This document shows, piece after piece, positions 7,687 through 16,478 of a stretch of DNA of 64,000 nt. The position numbers and the translations under genes are program-made. Source of the stretch: a virus; the IMG/VR virus record IMGVR_UViG_3300043438_002264, positions 1-64,000 of that record; one strand, 5' to 3'. Positions within the stretch are counted from its first letter, which is position 1. Every line of letters starts with the position of its first letter. Under the pieces are notes generated by a model. That model had not been told where the DNA came from, searched no databases, and saw nothing but the letters and a program-made list of their open reading frames with translations.

Positions 7687-7833
7687 TTAGCGACCTACCT
7701 TTCCTTGTTAGTTAGTACTCGGTCGTTGAGCGTTAGTGGGTGGTTTACCCTATTAAGTTATAAACCCTTGAGACAGACACATCCATCTCAAAGGGGTACT
7801 ACTATTTTACCATAAATTAAGACAAAATACACA

Positions 7834-8088
7834 TTACTTAGTTTTATTTTTAGTTTTTAGCTTTAGGTTAGTGACCTTTTTTAGCCAAGGTTTCTCTGAA
7901 TATCTGGCCCATTCATAGATAAAGATGCAGGCTGCAATAAGCAGTCCAAGGGAGGCTGACTGCACAATGTAGTAAGGGGTTGGATCAATTAGATAAGTTT
8001 CCCAAGGGAAGCTATAAGCCACCACTGGGAATGCAATGATGTTTCCAAACACTACGGCAACTACAATACTCTTGTAAACGTTTTTCAT
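7834..8088 (-). CDS. small membrane protein
   Basis: Two hydrophobic segments; RBS AAGGAG. Confidence 0.7.
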   Translation of the reverse strand: MKNVYKSIVVAVVFGNIIAFPVVAYSFPWETYLIDPTPYYIVQSASLGLLIAACIFIYEWARYSEKPWLKKVTNLKLKTKNKTK

Positions 8089-8120
8089 TTGTTCTCCTTG
8101 TTAGTTAAATCTTATGTATC

Positions 8121-8178
8121 ATTATACAGGTGGTGCTAGAGGATGTCAAGTACTTGTACTTGTATTAATCTCTATTTA
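8121..8178 (-). promoter_or_regulatory. promoter cassette copy B
   Basis: TTGACA-17-TATAAT; CAAGTAC-TT-GTACTTG. Confidence 0.75.
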
Positions 8179-9081
8179 TCAAAATCCCAGAAATGCGTAC
8201 CTTATCGCCCTATCCAGTAGCTTGCTGTGATAGTAAATAGGATCAACTCTGTTAAGCCCTCCATGGATATTCCACTTAGCTCTGTTAAAACAGTTTGGAC
8301 TATCTATCGGCCATGCGTTTAGCCCAACGTAAACGAAACGGTTTGCAGTTTCAGTAAAAATCCCAGCACCACTATCTCCATCACATCCTGCACCAGTTTT
8401 CTTACTGGTTTTTGTCCAACCCCATTTTTCATAGGGGTCAGTAAATGCAGGCCAATAATGTTTGTCAAGACGATTGTCCATTACAAGGTTGTAATGCTTC
8501 TCATCTACAAAGGGAAACGTGAGTGTTCTGGGCCACTTGTACCCCTCCATTTTCATGTTCCTTTCTTCTTCCGACGATAATCCGTAGCCCCCAATGGTCA
8601 CAAACGCCTTCTCTTTGACTAAGTTCTTGAATTCGGCTTCGGTAGCTGCTGTGGCCCAGGAAACTTTTGCAACTGGCTCTTTGGTCACTACAATCATAAA
8701 ATCCTTATTGTTATAAGCTGCAAGGTTTCTAACCGTGCTGTATTTTTTGTAGCTGAATACCTTTTTAGCTTGCACGAGGTCAGTTCGATCGGTGCTAAGA
8801 AGCTGTCCTGGATAGCCTATAAAGACTTGGGTGTCTGGCCACTTTTCATCACCTCTAAATGGCCTGAATTGACAATGCCCTGCAGAAATGACAATTCTGG
8901 GAGCGAAAAGAAATCCTGAGCATGCTGAGTAAAAGTCTTCTGAGGAGCCTTTATCGTCCAAAAGTACAATTGAAACAATCCTTGGATGATTTCTTGCCTC
9001 TTCTCCGCCCTCAATTGCAAAAGATTGAATTGGCTGAAGCACCAGGATTGAAGAGACAATAGCTATTAATAGTTTTTTCAA
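8179..9081 (-). CDS. secreted trypsin-like (S1) serine protease
   Basis: Signal peptide then IEGG; CSG...SAGHC; D; CDGDSGAG; start placed at TTG 9081. Confidence 0.88.
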   Translation of the reverse strand: MKKLLIAIVSSILVLQPIQSFAIEGGEEARNHPRIVSIVLLDDKGSSEDFYSACSGFLFAPRIVISAGHCQFRPFRGDEKWPDTQVFIGYPGQLLSTDRTDLVQAKKVFSYKKYSTVRNLAAYNNKDFMIVVTKEPVAKVSWATAATEAEFKNLVKEKAFVTIGGYGLSSEEERNMKMEGYKWPRTLTFPFVDEKHYNLVMDNRLDKHYWPAFTDPYEKWGWTKTSKKTGAGCDGDSGAGIFTETANRFVYVGLNAWPIDSPNCFNRAKWNIHGGLNRVDPIYYHSKLLDRAIRYAFLGF

Positions 9082-9629
9082 TTTCCACCTACCCATTTTG
9101 AGAACAATAGTTTTTGATATATTTCTTTTGCATCTTCTAAAAATGGGGCTGTTTTTGTATACTCTAGGGCTTCTGGATATGAGCTAACATCTTTAGAGCT
9201 TACTAGATACCCTTCTTTTGCATCATCTTTAGAAAGGTTAAGGTCATACTCAACACTTGATCGTTTTAAAGAAAAATGATCTAAGAATTTTTCTATTGTA
9301 TTTTTAGGATCATTAGTCAGGTCTTCGTAAGAAACAACATAAGTTGCATTTTCTAAAAGCCAGGCATAGGTTTCTTCATATTTTTTTAGCATTCGTGGGA
9401 TTATCCCATAACCGTTTTCTTTTTTATAAAAATCTACCATAGCCATAGCAGATGCGACAGACTCTACTGGATTTCTTATTATTGTTATAGTTTGCTTTTT
9501 ATCTAAAAAATGTGTTATTTCGTGAGAAGCTAAAATGGAATATCCTTGTTGGCGAAGAAGCATTCTAAAAAGATTTTGTCCAGACCTGGGATATGTTATT
9601 AACTTCATATCTTCAATTTCTTTTTTCAT
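9078..9629 (-). CDS. sulfotransferase-like P-loop protein
   Basis: TYPRSG, IIRNP..S..S, VSYEDL motifs. Confidence 0.7.
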   Translation of the reverse strand: MKKEIEDMKLITYPRSGQNLFRMLLRQQGYSILASHEITHFLDKKQTITIIRNPVESVASAMAMVDFYKKENGYGIIPRMLKKYEETYAWLLENATYVVSYEDLTNDPKNTIEKFLDHFSLKRSSVEYDLNLSKDDAKEGYLVSSKDVSSYPEALEYTKTAPFLEDAKEIYQKLLFSKWVGGN

Positions 9630-9889
9630 TTAAATCCTTCAAAATTTGCTTCATCATCATAGTTTTCTTTATAAGAAGAAGTTATTTCTTCTTTTATGTG
9701 ATTAAGGAGTGGGGCAAGAGATCGATCTGTTTCTAAGGCACAATGTATTTGCATGTTTAGCAAACTTTTAATTCGCTCATGCTCTAGCCTAACCCCCATG
9801 CTTATCCCTTGTTCCAGAAACTCTTGTTTTGCTTCTTCATGGCCTATTCTATAGCCTGTTAAAAAATCTTTGGATGGTTCTTCAGTCAA
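9626..9889 (-). CDS. hypothetical protein
   Basis: ORF track. Confidence 0.6.
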   Translation of the reverse strand: MTEEPSKDFLTGYRIGHEEAKQEFLEQGISMGVRLEHERIKSLLNMQIHCALETDRSLAPLLNHIKEEITSSYKENYDDEANFEGFK

Positions 9890-9972
9890 TCAAGACCTCT
9901 TGTAAAATCTCTGCGAGCTCTGCATCAGCAATATCTGCGTCTGTTAACCCCTCTGCGTGTAAGCCTGCCATC

Positions 9973-10224
9973 TTAGCCATTTATAATTTTCCTTATCTTA
10001 ATAAACATAGTGTCTTGGTATAGGGGTGTTCTTGTTGCATGAGATTGATCTTCTAGCTTCTGGATACCCTGCAAAATTCTCTCACGCTCATCTAAAGTTC
10101 CAGCCTGGTATCCAAGATTGTAGTCATCATAGTCATCTAAGAAGCTGTCATCGTTAAACATATCATCTTCTACAACTTCTTCGATAAGCTTTTGGAGAGC
10201 TTGGTCCCTATCTATTTGTGCCAT
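9973..10224 (-). CDS. hypothetical protein, leaderless
   Basis: TTGACA-17-TATAAT at 10231-10259; ATG 6 nt downstream. Confidence 0.7.
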   Translation of the reverse strand: MAQIDRDQALQKLIEEVVEDDMFNDDSFLDDYDDYNLGYQAGTLDERERILQGIQKLEDQSHATRTPLYQDTMFIKIRKIING

Positions 10225-10262
10225 ACAACCATTATAGCCTTTAATCTAGACATTGTCAAGGA

Positions 10263-10421
10263 CTACTCTTCTGCTAGGTAGTTCATAAATACCCTTAGAA
10301 TCTGAGCGGTATATTTTTGATACTCAACATCCATAACAGTATTATCACTATCAATCTTATATAGCTTAATGTCTTTTATTAGTTCAAACAGTATAACGTC
10401 AATTTCTTTTTCTAGGTCCAT
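10263..10421 (-). CDS. 52-aa hypothetical protein
   Basis: Hand-translated MDLEKEIDVILFELIK...; TATACT 6 nt upstream. Confidence 0.55.
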   Translation of the reverse strand: MDLEKEIDVILFELIKDIKLYKIDSDNTVMDVEYQKYTAQILRVFMNYLAEE

Positions 10422-10601
10422 GCCTAAAGTATAGCAGATTCATAAAGGATTGGTAAAATTGAGCGTGGTTTATAAATGCAACTGTGGTGACATACACGAC
10501 ATAGGAATAGAACTATACTTTGAGATTATTAAATATAAAGAGTATTGTTATTGTCCTATAATTAGCTTGACATACCCCTCAGACTCTGATACCATAATAT
10601 C

Positions 10602-11015
10602 ATGACTATTACTAATTTTCAAGCAGAGTCTAAGCACTCTGGAGATCTTTTTGAATCACAGGTTCTTGAAGACCTTGGTAGATTTGGACAACAAGACATT
10701 AGGAAAAATGTTGTTGTTAAAGATGTTGGCTGTGAAGTTGACTTTGCTTATGACTTTCGTGGCACTCAGGTTTATGTTGAGGCAAAGGGTGGCCTACAAG
10801 GCGAAGGCAAAAGGCCAGGGGCTAAAAGAACTGATAATGTTAAAAAAGCTATCGCCAACGCTGCACTAATAAAATCTAGGTATCCAGAAACTCAATATAT
10901 AGTTTACTTTTCGGATTTGCCTAAGTATGGATCATCTTCTCATAAGATGTTAAAGACTGCTGTAAGAGCTGGGTTTATTGATAGTGTCAGATATTTAATT
11001 GATATTGTGCGATAA
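10602..11015 (+). CDS. PD-(D/E)XK restriction-endonuclease-like nuclease
   Basis: GDLFE...EVDF...VEAKGG; own TTGACA promoter near 10568. Confidence 0.7.
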   Translation: MTITNFQAESKHSGDLFESQVLEDLGRFGQQDIRKNVVVKDVGCEVDFAYDFRGTQVYVEAKGGLQGEGKRPGAKRTDNVKKAIANAALIKSRYPETQYIVYFSDLPKYGSSSHKMLKTAVRAGFIDSVRYLIDIVR

Positions 11016-11951
11016 ATCTTCAACATTAAAAATATTATGATTTTTTAACTGTTGAGCAAATTTTTTAGACTTTTTTAATTTATTAAAAGAATTTTTTTGT
11101 CCGACTAATTCCCAAAAAGAATCTTCCGATCTTCTTTGATTTTTTGCAGAGTAAGCTTGTGATTTATTAAAAACCATTGCAGAAAACATGTCAATCCTAT
11201 CCTTGTTTGATGGAGCAGTTTCTTTTCTCATATAAGATTTAGACTCTATGTCATTATTCCAAACAATATTAAAATAGGAAAATGGACTTTGATAAAGATA
11301 CAAGGATTCTGGAACGTAAACATCCCACCCAGAAATGTGGGCTTTCCAGGAAAGGTAGGGCTCTTCAAGTAAAAAGTCTGAATGACTATCCAGGCCAACA
11401 TCGGTTAAAAAATTTGAATAAGTAAATAAGCTTGAGCAGTCTATGTGATAGTGTTGAAAGATCTCTTCTTCTTTTTTATAATATTTAGGAATTAAATTTA
11501 AAATAGGATAATCTTCAAAGCCATCTTCTATTTTATAGATATATGAATAAAATAATTTTCCGCTAGAATGAAGGTTGTTGCCAGAGATTATTACCTTATC
11601 GTGGTTTGATTTTTTTTCTGCTGCAGCTAAATTACGAATAGCAATTTCATCCCAATTTGGATAAAAAAGTGTATGAGAGTCAATCATTAAAAAATACTTT
11701 TCATCAGCAATAAGCTTAGAAATTTCATATCTTACTTTGACCACGCCTGGCCTAGTATCTGGATGATAAGATAAAGTTCTTATTTGATTTTCTATAAAAC
11801 TTAAATTTGGAATTTCATCATCGTAATATTGTAGTCCAATTCCAAAAACTAGATTTTCTGGATGAGCAGCATGAAGCAAGGCAGACTTAATTGTAATTAT
11901 TAAGCTTGGATCACGAAAAGAAGCTATGTTTATGAATATTTTTTCATTCAT
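10995..11951 (-). CDS. GT60/Gnt1-like GlcNAc transferase
   Basis: IFINIASFRDP, AAHPENLVFG, EKYFLMIDSHT, WD, EE..LS..A...GWDVY. Confidence 0.75.
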   Translation of the reverse strand: MNEKIFINIASFRDPSLIITIKSALLHAAHPENLVFGIGLQYYDDEIPNLSFIENQIRTLSYHPDTRPGVVKVRYEISKLIADEKYFLMIDSHTLFYPNWDEIAIRNLAAAEKKSNHDKVIISGNNLHSSGKLFYSYIYKIEDGFEDYPILNLIPKYYKKEEEIFQHYHIDCSSLFTYSNFLTDVGLDSHSDFLLEEPYLSWKAHISGWDVYVPESLYLYQSPFSYFNIVWNNDIESKSYMRKETAPSNKDRIDMFSAMVFNKSQAYSAKNQRRSEDSFWELVGQKNSFNKLKKSKKFAQQLKNHNIFNVEDLSHNIN

Positions 11952-11955
11952 TTTG

Positions 11956-13104
11956 CTAAATTATTCTGGTGGCAGATGTGTAATCTTTTCCAAAATCAGC
12001 AAATAGGGCCTTGTCCGCTTCACGCTGAGCAATACGTCTTGACCAAGAGTATCCTGCATCTCCACCCCACGCTAGCCACATGATATATCCGTTAGATGGG
12101 TTAGCCTGGTTTCCCCAGTCTTTGCCCTTCTTGTCTACCTCATGACGGGAGAAGTAAGAGTACATACGCTTTACAGTGCTTAGCGAGAGTGTCTCTCCAT
12201 TAGCCAGTTGTCTAGCTCTAGTCCATCCAACTGCAGTTCCAGCTCCTGTTGCCTTACCGTCTTCTTTGAACTTGATAGCACGACGAGCAGCACTCCTAGC
12301 CCCAGCAGGAGGGCTGTAGCCTTCAGCTTTGTCCATGTATTCATCATAATCATCATCCTCATAATCTTCCATACTAATGTTTGGCATGTTAATTCTTTCA
12401 ACATCTGACATCAATGCACCGATTGAGTATGGTGTGTAGTAATAGACTCCATCGTCTTCTTCTAAAATTCTAATAGCTACCGCTGGATTTTCTGGAGTAG
12501 ACTCAACAGAGTAAGGATTTTCTGGCTCCCCATATCTGCCACCTTCACGCATAACGTGTTCTACTTGACCAACAATCACACCCTCTGTAGTCCTTGCACT
12601 TACAAAGTCTCCTTCAGTAATGCGAGCCTCTGCTTTAGAAACTGGAATACAGTTTGGAACCATGCGTCCATTTTCTCCTGGCTTCATTCCTCTTTGAGTA
12701 TATCCGTCCCAGCAAGGGGCAACTTTCTCGTCAGACTTTGTACCCATGGAGCTTCCACCATTAGTAGTTGAGATTGCTCCAGATGGGTCTCCGCCTACAC
12801 CGCCAGTGCTTGTCTTTAGCTTTTTCTTAGGATCTTTAAGGGCAGATGGTTTCTTAGAGGCTGGCTCTGGTTGTCCAATCGCAGACCCCATGCCATCTTT
12901 ATCTGTTGCTGCTTTCATAGCAGTTCCTGGCCATTCTTCTGGGTTTTTAATTCCTACGCCTTTTTCATCAGCTTCAATAGCAGCAATCTGTGCTGCAGCT
13001 TCTTGAGCGGTATCATGGCATCCCATGACTTCACCGTCTTCGTCTTTAACGGCAGGGTAGCCTGAGCAACCGTACGATCCTTTTTCTCCAACATGATATG
13101 GCAT
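11956..13104 (-). CDS. multidomain phage protein, probably head-associated
   Basis: N-terminal GCSGYPAVK module; CWDGY...VPNCIP module; C-terminal GTAVGWTRARQLA...TVKRMYSYFSRH...WLAWGGDAG. Confidence 0.65.
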   Translation of the reverse strand: MPYHVGEKGSYGCSGYPAVKDEDGEVMGCHDTAQEAAAQIAAIEADEKGVGIKNPEEWPGTAMKAATDKDGMGSAIGQPEPASKKPSALKDPKKKLKTSTGGVGGDPSGAISTTNGGSSMGTKSDEKVAPCWDGYTQRGMKPGENGRMVPNCIPVSKAEARITEGDFVSARTTEGVIVGQVEHVMREGGRYGEPENPYSVESTPENPAVAIRILEEDDGVYYYTPYSIGALMSDVERINMPNISMEDYEDDDYDEYMDKAEGYSPPAGARSAARRAIKFKEDGKATGAGTAVGWTRARQLANGETLSLSTVKRMYSYFSRHEVDKKGKDWGNQANPSNGYIMWLAWGGDAGYSWSRRIAQREADKALFADFGKDYTSATRII

Positions 13105-13105
13105 A

Positions 13106-13285
13106 CTAGCTGTCTTCTTCTAAATCTTCTAAGCTACCCTGCTCTTCAATAGCAACAAACCAGGCTTGATATGCCGTCGCTGCTGGCAGTGAGTCATAGC
13201 AGCCTACCACAGAGCTATCGGCATCGTTAATAACAGGGTAGCCTGAGCAACCGTATGACCCTTTTTCTCCAACACTGTATGGCAT
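13106..13285 (-). CDS. 59-aa paralogue of the N-terminal module of 11956..13104
   Basis: Hand-translated MPYSVGEKGSYGCSGYPVI...; leaderless after TATAAT. Confidence 0.75.
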   Translation of the reverse strand: MPYSVGEKGSYGCSGYPVINDADSSVVGCYDSLPAATAYQAWFVAIEEQGSLEDLEEDS

Positions 13286-13337
13286 AAGTAAATTATATCA
13301 TATAGTTCATGCTATAATTATTTAGAAAGAAGGTTTT

Positions 13338-14054
13338 ATGCATCATACAAAGCTAGAGGACCAAAAAAACGGTATTACAACAAGCCAAAAAGGAAATCAA
13401 TTTAAGTTTACATCCCCCATTCCTGGCGTCCACATTTATGATAATGTTTGGCCTGAGTCAATGGACTTTATCAATAAGATTGACTCTGATAATTTTTGGG
13501 AAACAGAGGCATCTCCTCAAGATGATGTAAAGTGGATAAGAGAAGACTACTTAGATCAAGAGCATGGCAAAAAAAGCAAAACATGTTGGATACAGCACCA
13601 CCCAGAAATATCTAATGCTTTTGAAGAGGTGGTAGATTCATACCTAGCACATTGGAACCTTGAACCTCATAGCATTGAGTCTATGAGAATTACAAAATTT
13701 GAAGGCCCTGGTGAATTTTTTGGAATGCACTCAGATGATTCTTTCGCTACCCCCAGAACAACCTCTATGGTATATTACCCAATAGACAGCTATGAAGGTG
13801 GGGAGCTAGACTTTATTCATTTTGGAGTTAAAATTAAACCCAAAGCAAATCAGCTTTTCTTATTTCCTTCTGCATATAATTTAGAGCATAAAGTTCATCC
13901 AGTTATAAGTGGAACTAGAATTACTTTTGTGTCATTTTTTAACCAAATGACTTTTCAAGAAAGAGGTGCTAGACAAAACCTTTTAAATCCAAATGAGTAT
14001 TACCAGCCTAGCGTTCCTTATGTATTTCAAAAAAGTTTTCTTGGGTATAATTAA
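13338..14054 (+). CDS. 2OG-Fe(II) oxygenase, prolyl-4-hydroxylase-like
   Basis: HSD...YEGGEL.F...FPS...H.V.PV.SG.R. Confidence 0.88.
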   Translation: MHHTKLEDQKNGITTSQKGNQFKFTSPIPGVHIYDNVWPESMDFINKIDSDNFWETEASPQDDVKWIREDYLDQEHGKKSKTCWIQHHPEISNAFEEVVDSYLAHWNLEPHSIESMRITKFEGPGEFFGMHSDDSFATPRTTSMVYYPIDSYEGGELDFIHFGVKIKPKANQLFLFPSAYNLEHKVHPVISGTRITFVSFFNQMTFQERGARQNLLNPNEYYQPSVPYVFQKSFLGYN

Positions 14055-14056
14055 GT

Positions 14057-14129
14057 AGGCCTTTTATCAACATGCCCAGGTTGTCTCCTAAGGTAGCGGC
14101 CTTTCGGAAACCTTAAGCTACCTACAGGA
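14057..14129 (-). ncRNA. hsp20 3' UTR structured element: long hairpin plus pseudoknot copy 3
   Basis: AGGTAGC/GCTACCT stem, then CAAC-CTGGGCAT-GTTG-ATAAAA-GGCCT. Confidence 0.55.
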
Positions 14130-14140
14130 TAACATCGTTT

Positions 14141-14530
14141 TTAACGAATGCGAATTGATTTTGGCTTTTTCTCTTCTGGAATATTTCTTACCAAATGAAT
14201 ATACAGAATACCGTCCTCAAATTCAGCTGAATCTACTTCATAGTATTCTGGTAGCGAGAATGAGCGAGTAAACCTGCGAGCAGCAATACCTTTATGTAGG
14301 TATTTCTTATCGTCAGCGTCTGGCTTTTCTGCTTTTATTGATAGGACATTTTTTTCAGCAGTAATGCTGATTTCATCCTTTTTGAATCCAGCTACCGCAA
14401 ACTCCATTACAATCTTGTCGTCGTTAATCCTGACAACGTTGTATGGTGGGTAGGTGTTTGTTGCTGGTGTTGTGCTAAAGAACTTGTCAATATCTAGACC
14501 AAGTCCTCCGAATGGTGTTGTAATAACCAT
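14141..14530 (-). CDS. hsp20: small heat shock protein Hsp20/IbpA
   Basis: YPPYNV, AVAGF, YLHKGIA.R.F.RSF.L, F.DGIL.I. Confidence 0.95.
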   Translation of the reverse strand: MVITTPFGGLGLDIDKFFSTTPATNTYPPYNVVRINDDKIVMEFAVAGFKKDEISITAEKNVLSIKAEKPDADDKKYLHKGIAARRFTRSFSLPEYYEVDSAEFEDGILYIHLVRNIPEEKKPKSIRIR

Positions 14531-14539
14531 TTATATCAT

Positions 14540-14557
14540 CTCCTTATGTTAAGCGAG
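14540..14557 (-). promoter_or_regulatory. ROSE-like RNA thermometer hairpin
   Basis: CUC-G-CUUA ACA UAAG-GAG pairs the SD with a bulged G. Confidence 0.55.
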
Positions 14558-14638
14558 TTAATACCCCCCAATTGGGCAGGTAAATATATTATAGCATAAG
14601 TTGAACAAAACTCTTTTTAGTGGTATAATGGATGCATT

Positions 14639-15229
14639 ATGAGTAATCCAAGGTCATTTAGAGATAGACAGAAAATGCTTGCTGAAAGAGCAAATTATAC
14701 AAGTGGTATAGAAGCTACTGTTAGACGTGTAGAAGATACTAAGCGTCAGAGGTATGAGCTTCAAGAATCAAAACGTGCCCCAAAAATTCAGGTTGATCAA
14801 AAGCTTATACTTTGGTCCTGGCTTATTGGTATTGGAATCGCATTCCTTGCTTCTGCAATAGTTTCTTTTAATGGAATTACAGCAGTTGCTCAGTTCGTAG
14901 GACTGTCTCAGGCATGGATGGCTGGGCTATTCTTCTTCTTTATCGAGCTTATGTACCTACTGTTCTTAGTTGCTTATCTTGTTCTTGCATCTAGAATGAA
15001 TGAGTCTGGACAACCAGAAAAAACTTTTGGAGCTATTGTTGGAATGATTATGTTTGGTGGTATTGCTGTTCTTGCTAACGCTTTCCATACCTTTGATTTT
15101 TGGGAATGGAATTACCTTGAGCCACGCATGTGGGCAGGAACTGTTCTAAGCGTTGCTGCTCCAATTGCAATTATTGCTGCCTCTAAAATGGCATCTAGAG
15201 TTGTATTTGCTAAGGCAATTAAGCTATGA
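14639..15229 (+). CDS. 4-TM membrane protein
   Basis: Four hydrophobic helices; first gene of a + strand glycan operon. Confidence 0.75.
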   Translation: MSNPRSFRDRQKMLAERANYTSGIEATVRRVEDTKRQRYELQESKRAPKIQVDQKLILWSWLIGIGIAFLASAIVSFNGITAVAQFVGLSQAWMAGLFFFFIELMYLLFLVAYLVLASRMNESGQPEKTFGAIVGMIMFGGIAVLANAFHTFDFWEWNYLEPRMWAGTVLSVAAPIAIIAASKMASRVVFAKAIKL

Positions 15230-15897
15230 GTAATTTTAAATTAGCAATTACAGTTCCTACACGTGGAAGACCTCACAATCTTGAAAGATTAGCAAAAGCT
15301 GTAAAAGAAACTTGCAAGCTAGAGTATGAGCTTTTTGCAAGAATTGATGAGGATGACTTATCGGTATATCCAGAATTAGATAATGTAACTTATGTTGTTG
15401 GCCCAAGAATTTTCTTCACTGCCTCACTAAACGAATTGGCTAAGATAGCATCTGAACAAGACTTTACACACGTTGCAATTCTTGGAGATGACGTTCTTCC
15501 AGAAACAATTGGCTGGGATGAGATTATGGTAAAGTCTTTGCCTGAGCTTGGTGTGGCCTATGGTAGCGATGGTTTAGAACATTTGCATCCTCCAGATCTT
15601 CCCACTCATGTTGTTGTTCCAATGGAAATGTATCGTAGACTTGGTTGGCTAGGAATGCCGACAAGCCGTCATCTTTTTCTAGACAATGCTTGGAGAGAAC
15701 TTGGAAGACTTACAGAATTTATTTACCATCCAGACGTAAAGCTCAGTCACTTACATAGATGGAACAAGGCGGCTCCTGATGACAAAACATATCGAGAAGC
15801 AAACGATAAGCAAAAACGTGAAGATGACAGGATAGCCTTTGAAACTTGGCGTGACGGAGATGGTCTTCAAATTGCAAAACAGGCACTTCAAAAATGA
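15226..15897 (+). CDS. GT-A (GT2-like) glycosyltransferase
   Basis: VPTRGRP, LGDD, H.FLDN, HLH. Confidence 0.8.
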   Translation: MSNFKLAITVPTRGRPHNLERLAKAVKETCKLEYELFARIDEDDLSVYPELDNVTYVVGPRIFFTASLNELAKIASEQDFTHVAILGDDVLPETIGWDEIMVKSLPELGVAYGSDGLEHLHPPDLPTHVVVPMEMYRRLGWLGMPTSRHLFLDNAWRELGRLTEFIYHPDVKLSHLHRWNKAAPDDKTYREANDKQKREDDRIAFETWRDGDGLQIAKQALQK

Positions 15898-16478
15898 CTT
15901 TTGCAGTTATCCCAACTCGCACTGAAAGAAAAACTCTTTGGCCGTTGATCGATGTTCTTCTTGAGGCTGGTATCACACCAGTCATTGTCCGAACATGGGA
16001 GAATGCAAAGCCAGTGCCAGGAGCAATAGAGCTTGATGGCTGGGATAAAATGTCAATTACATATTGGTGGAATCTTGGTATTGATTATGTTACAAAGACA
16101 ATGCCAAATGCACCCGTTCTGGTGCTAAACGACGACCTTGGAATGTCGGTTGAAATGATCAACGAACTTCTAGATGAGCTAGAGGATAACGATCTTATTT
16201 GGTCTAAAAATTACGGCCCATATGTTCACAGTCCGTTTTCTGGGGCTTGCTTTGGTCTTCGTGCTGGAACTATACGTCTGGATGAGCAGTTTGTTTGGTG
16301 GCATGGTGATGATGACCTATATCACCGTGCAAAGCAAGCTGGACTACGACTCAGGGCCACGGAAGTTGAGCCTATTCACGTTCGTACAACTGACTACGAA
16401 AACTGGGGAACAACAATGTTTGCTGATGACATTCCACGTGATGGTGCCCTGTTTGCTAGTCGCTGGGGGGAACAGTGA
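15894..16478 (+). CDS. GT2-like glycosyltransferase
   Basis: AVIPT, WNLG, VLNDD, SGACF, LDE.F.WWHGDDD. Confidence 0.75.
   Translation: MTFAVIPTRTERKTLWPLIDVLLEAGITPVIVRTWENAKPVPGAIELDGWDKMSITYWWNLGIDYVTKTMPNAPVLVLNDDLGMSVEMINELLDELEDNDLIWSKNYGPYVHSPFSGACFGLRAGTIRLDEQFVWWHGDDDLYHRAKQAGLRLRATEVEPIHVRTTDYENWGTTMFADDIPRDGALFASRWGEQ

Noticed and set aside
10465-10605. Possible 46-aa Cys-containing ORF upstream of the nuclease
   Set aside because: Has a TAAAAT-GTG leaderless context but overlaps the nuclease promoter and has no other support; left uncalled
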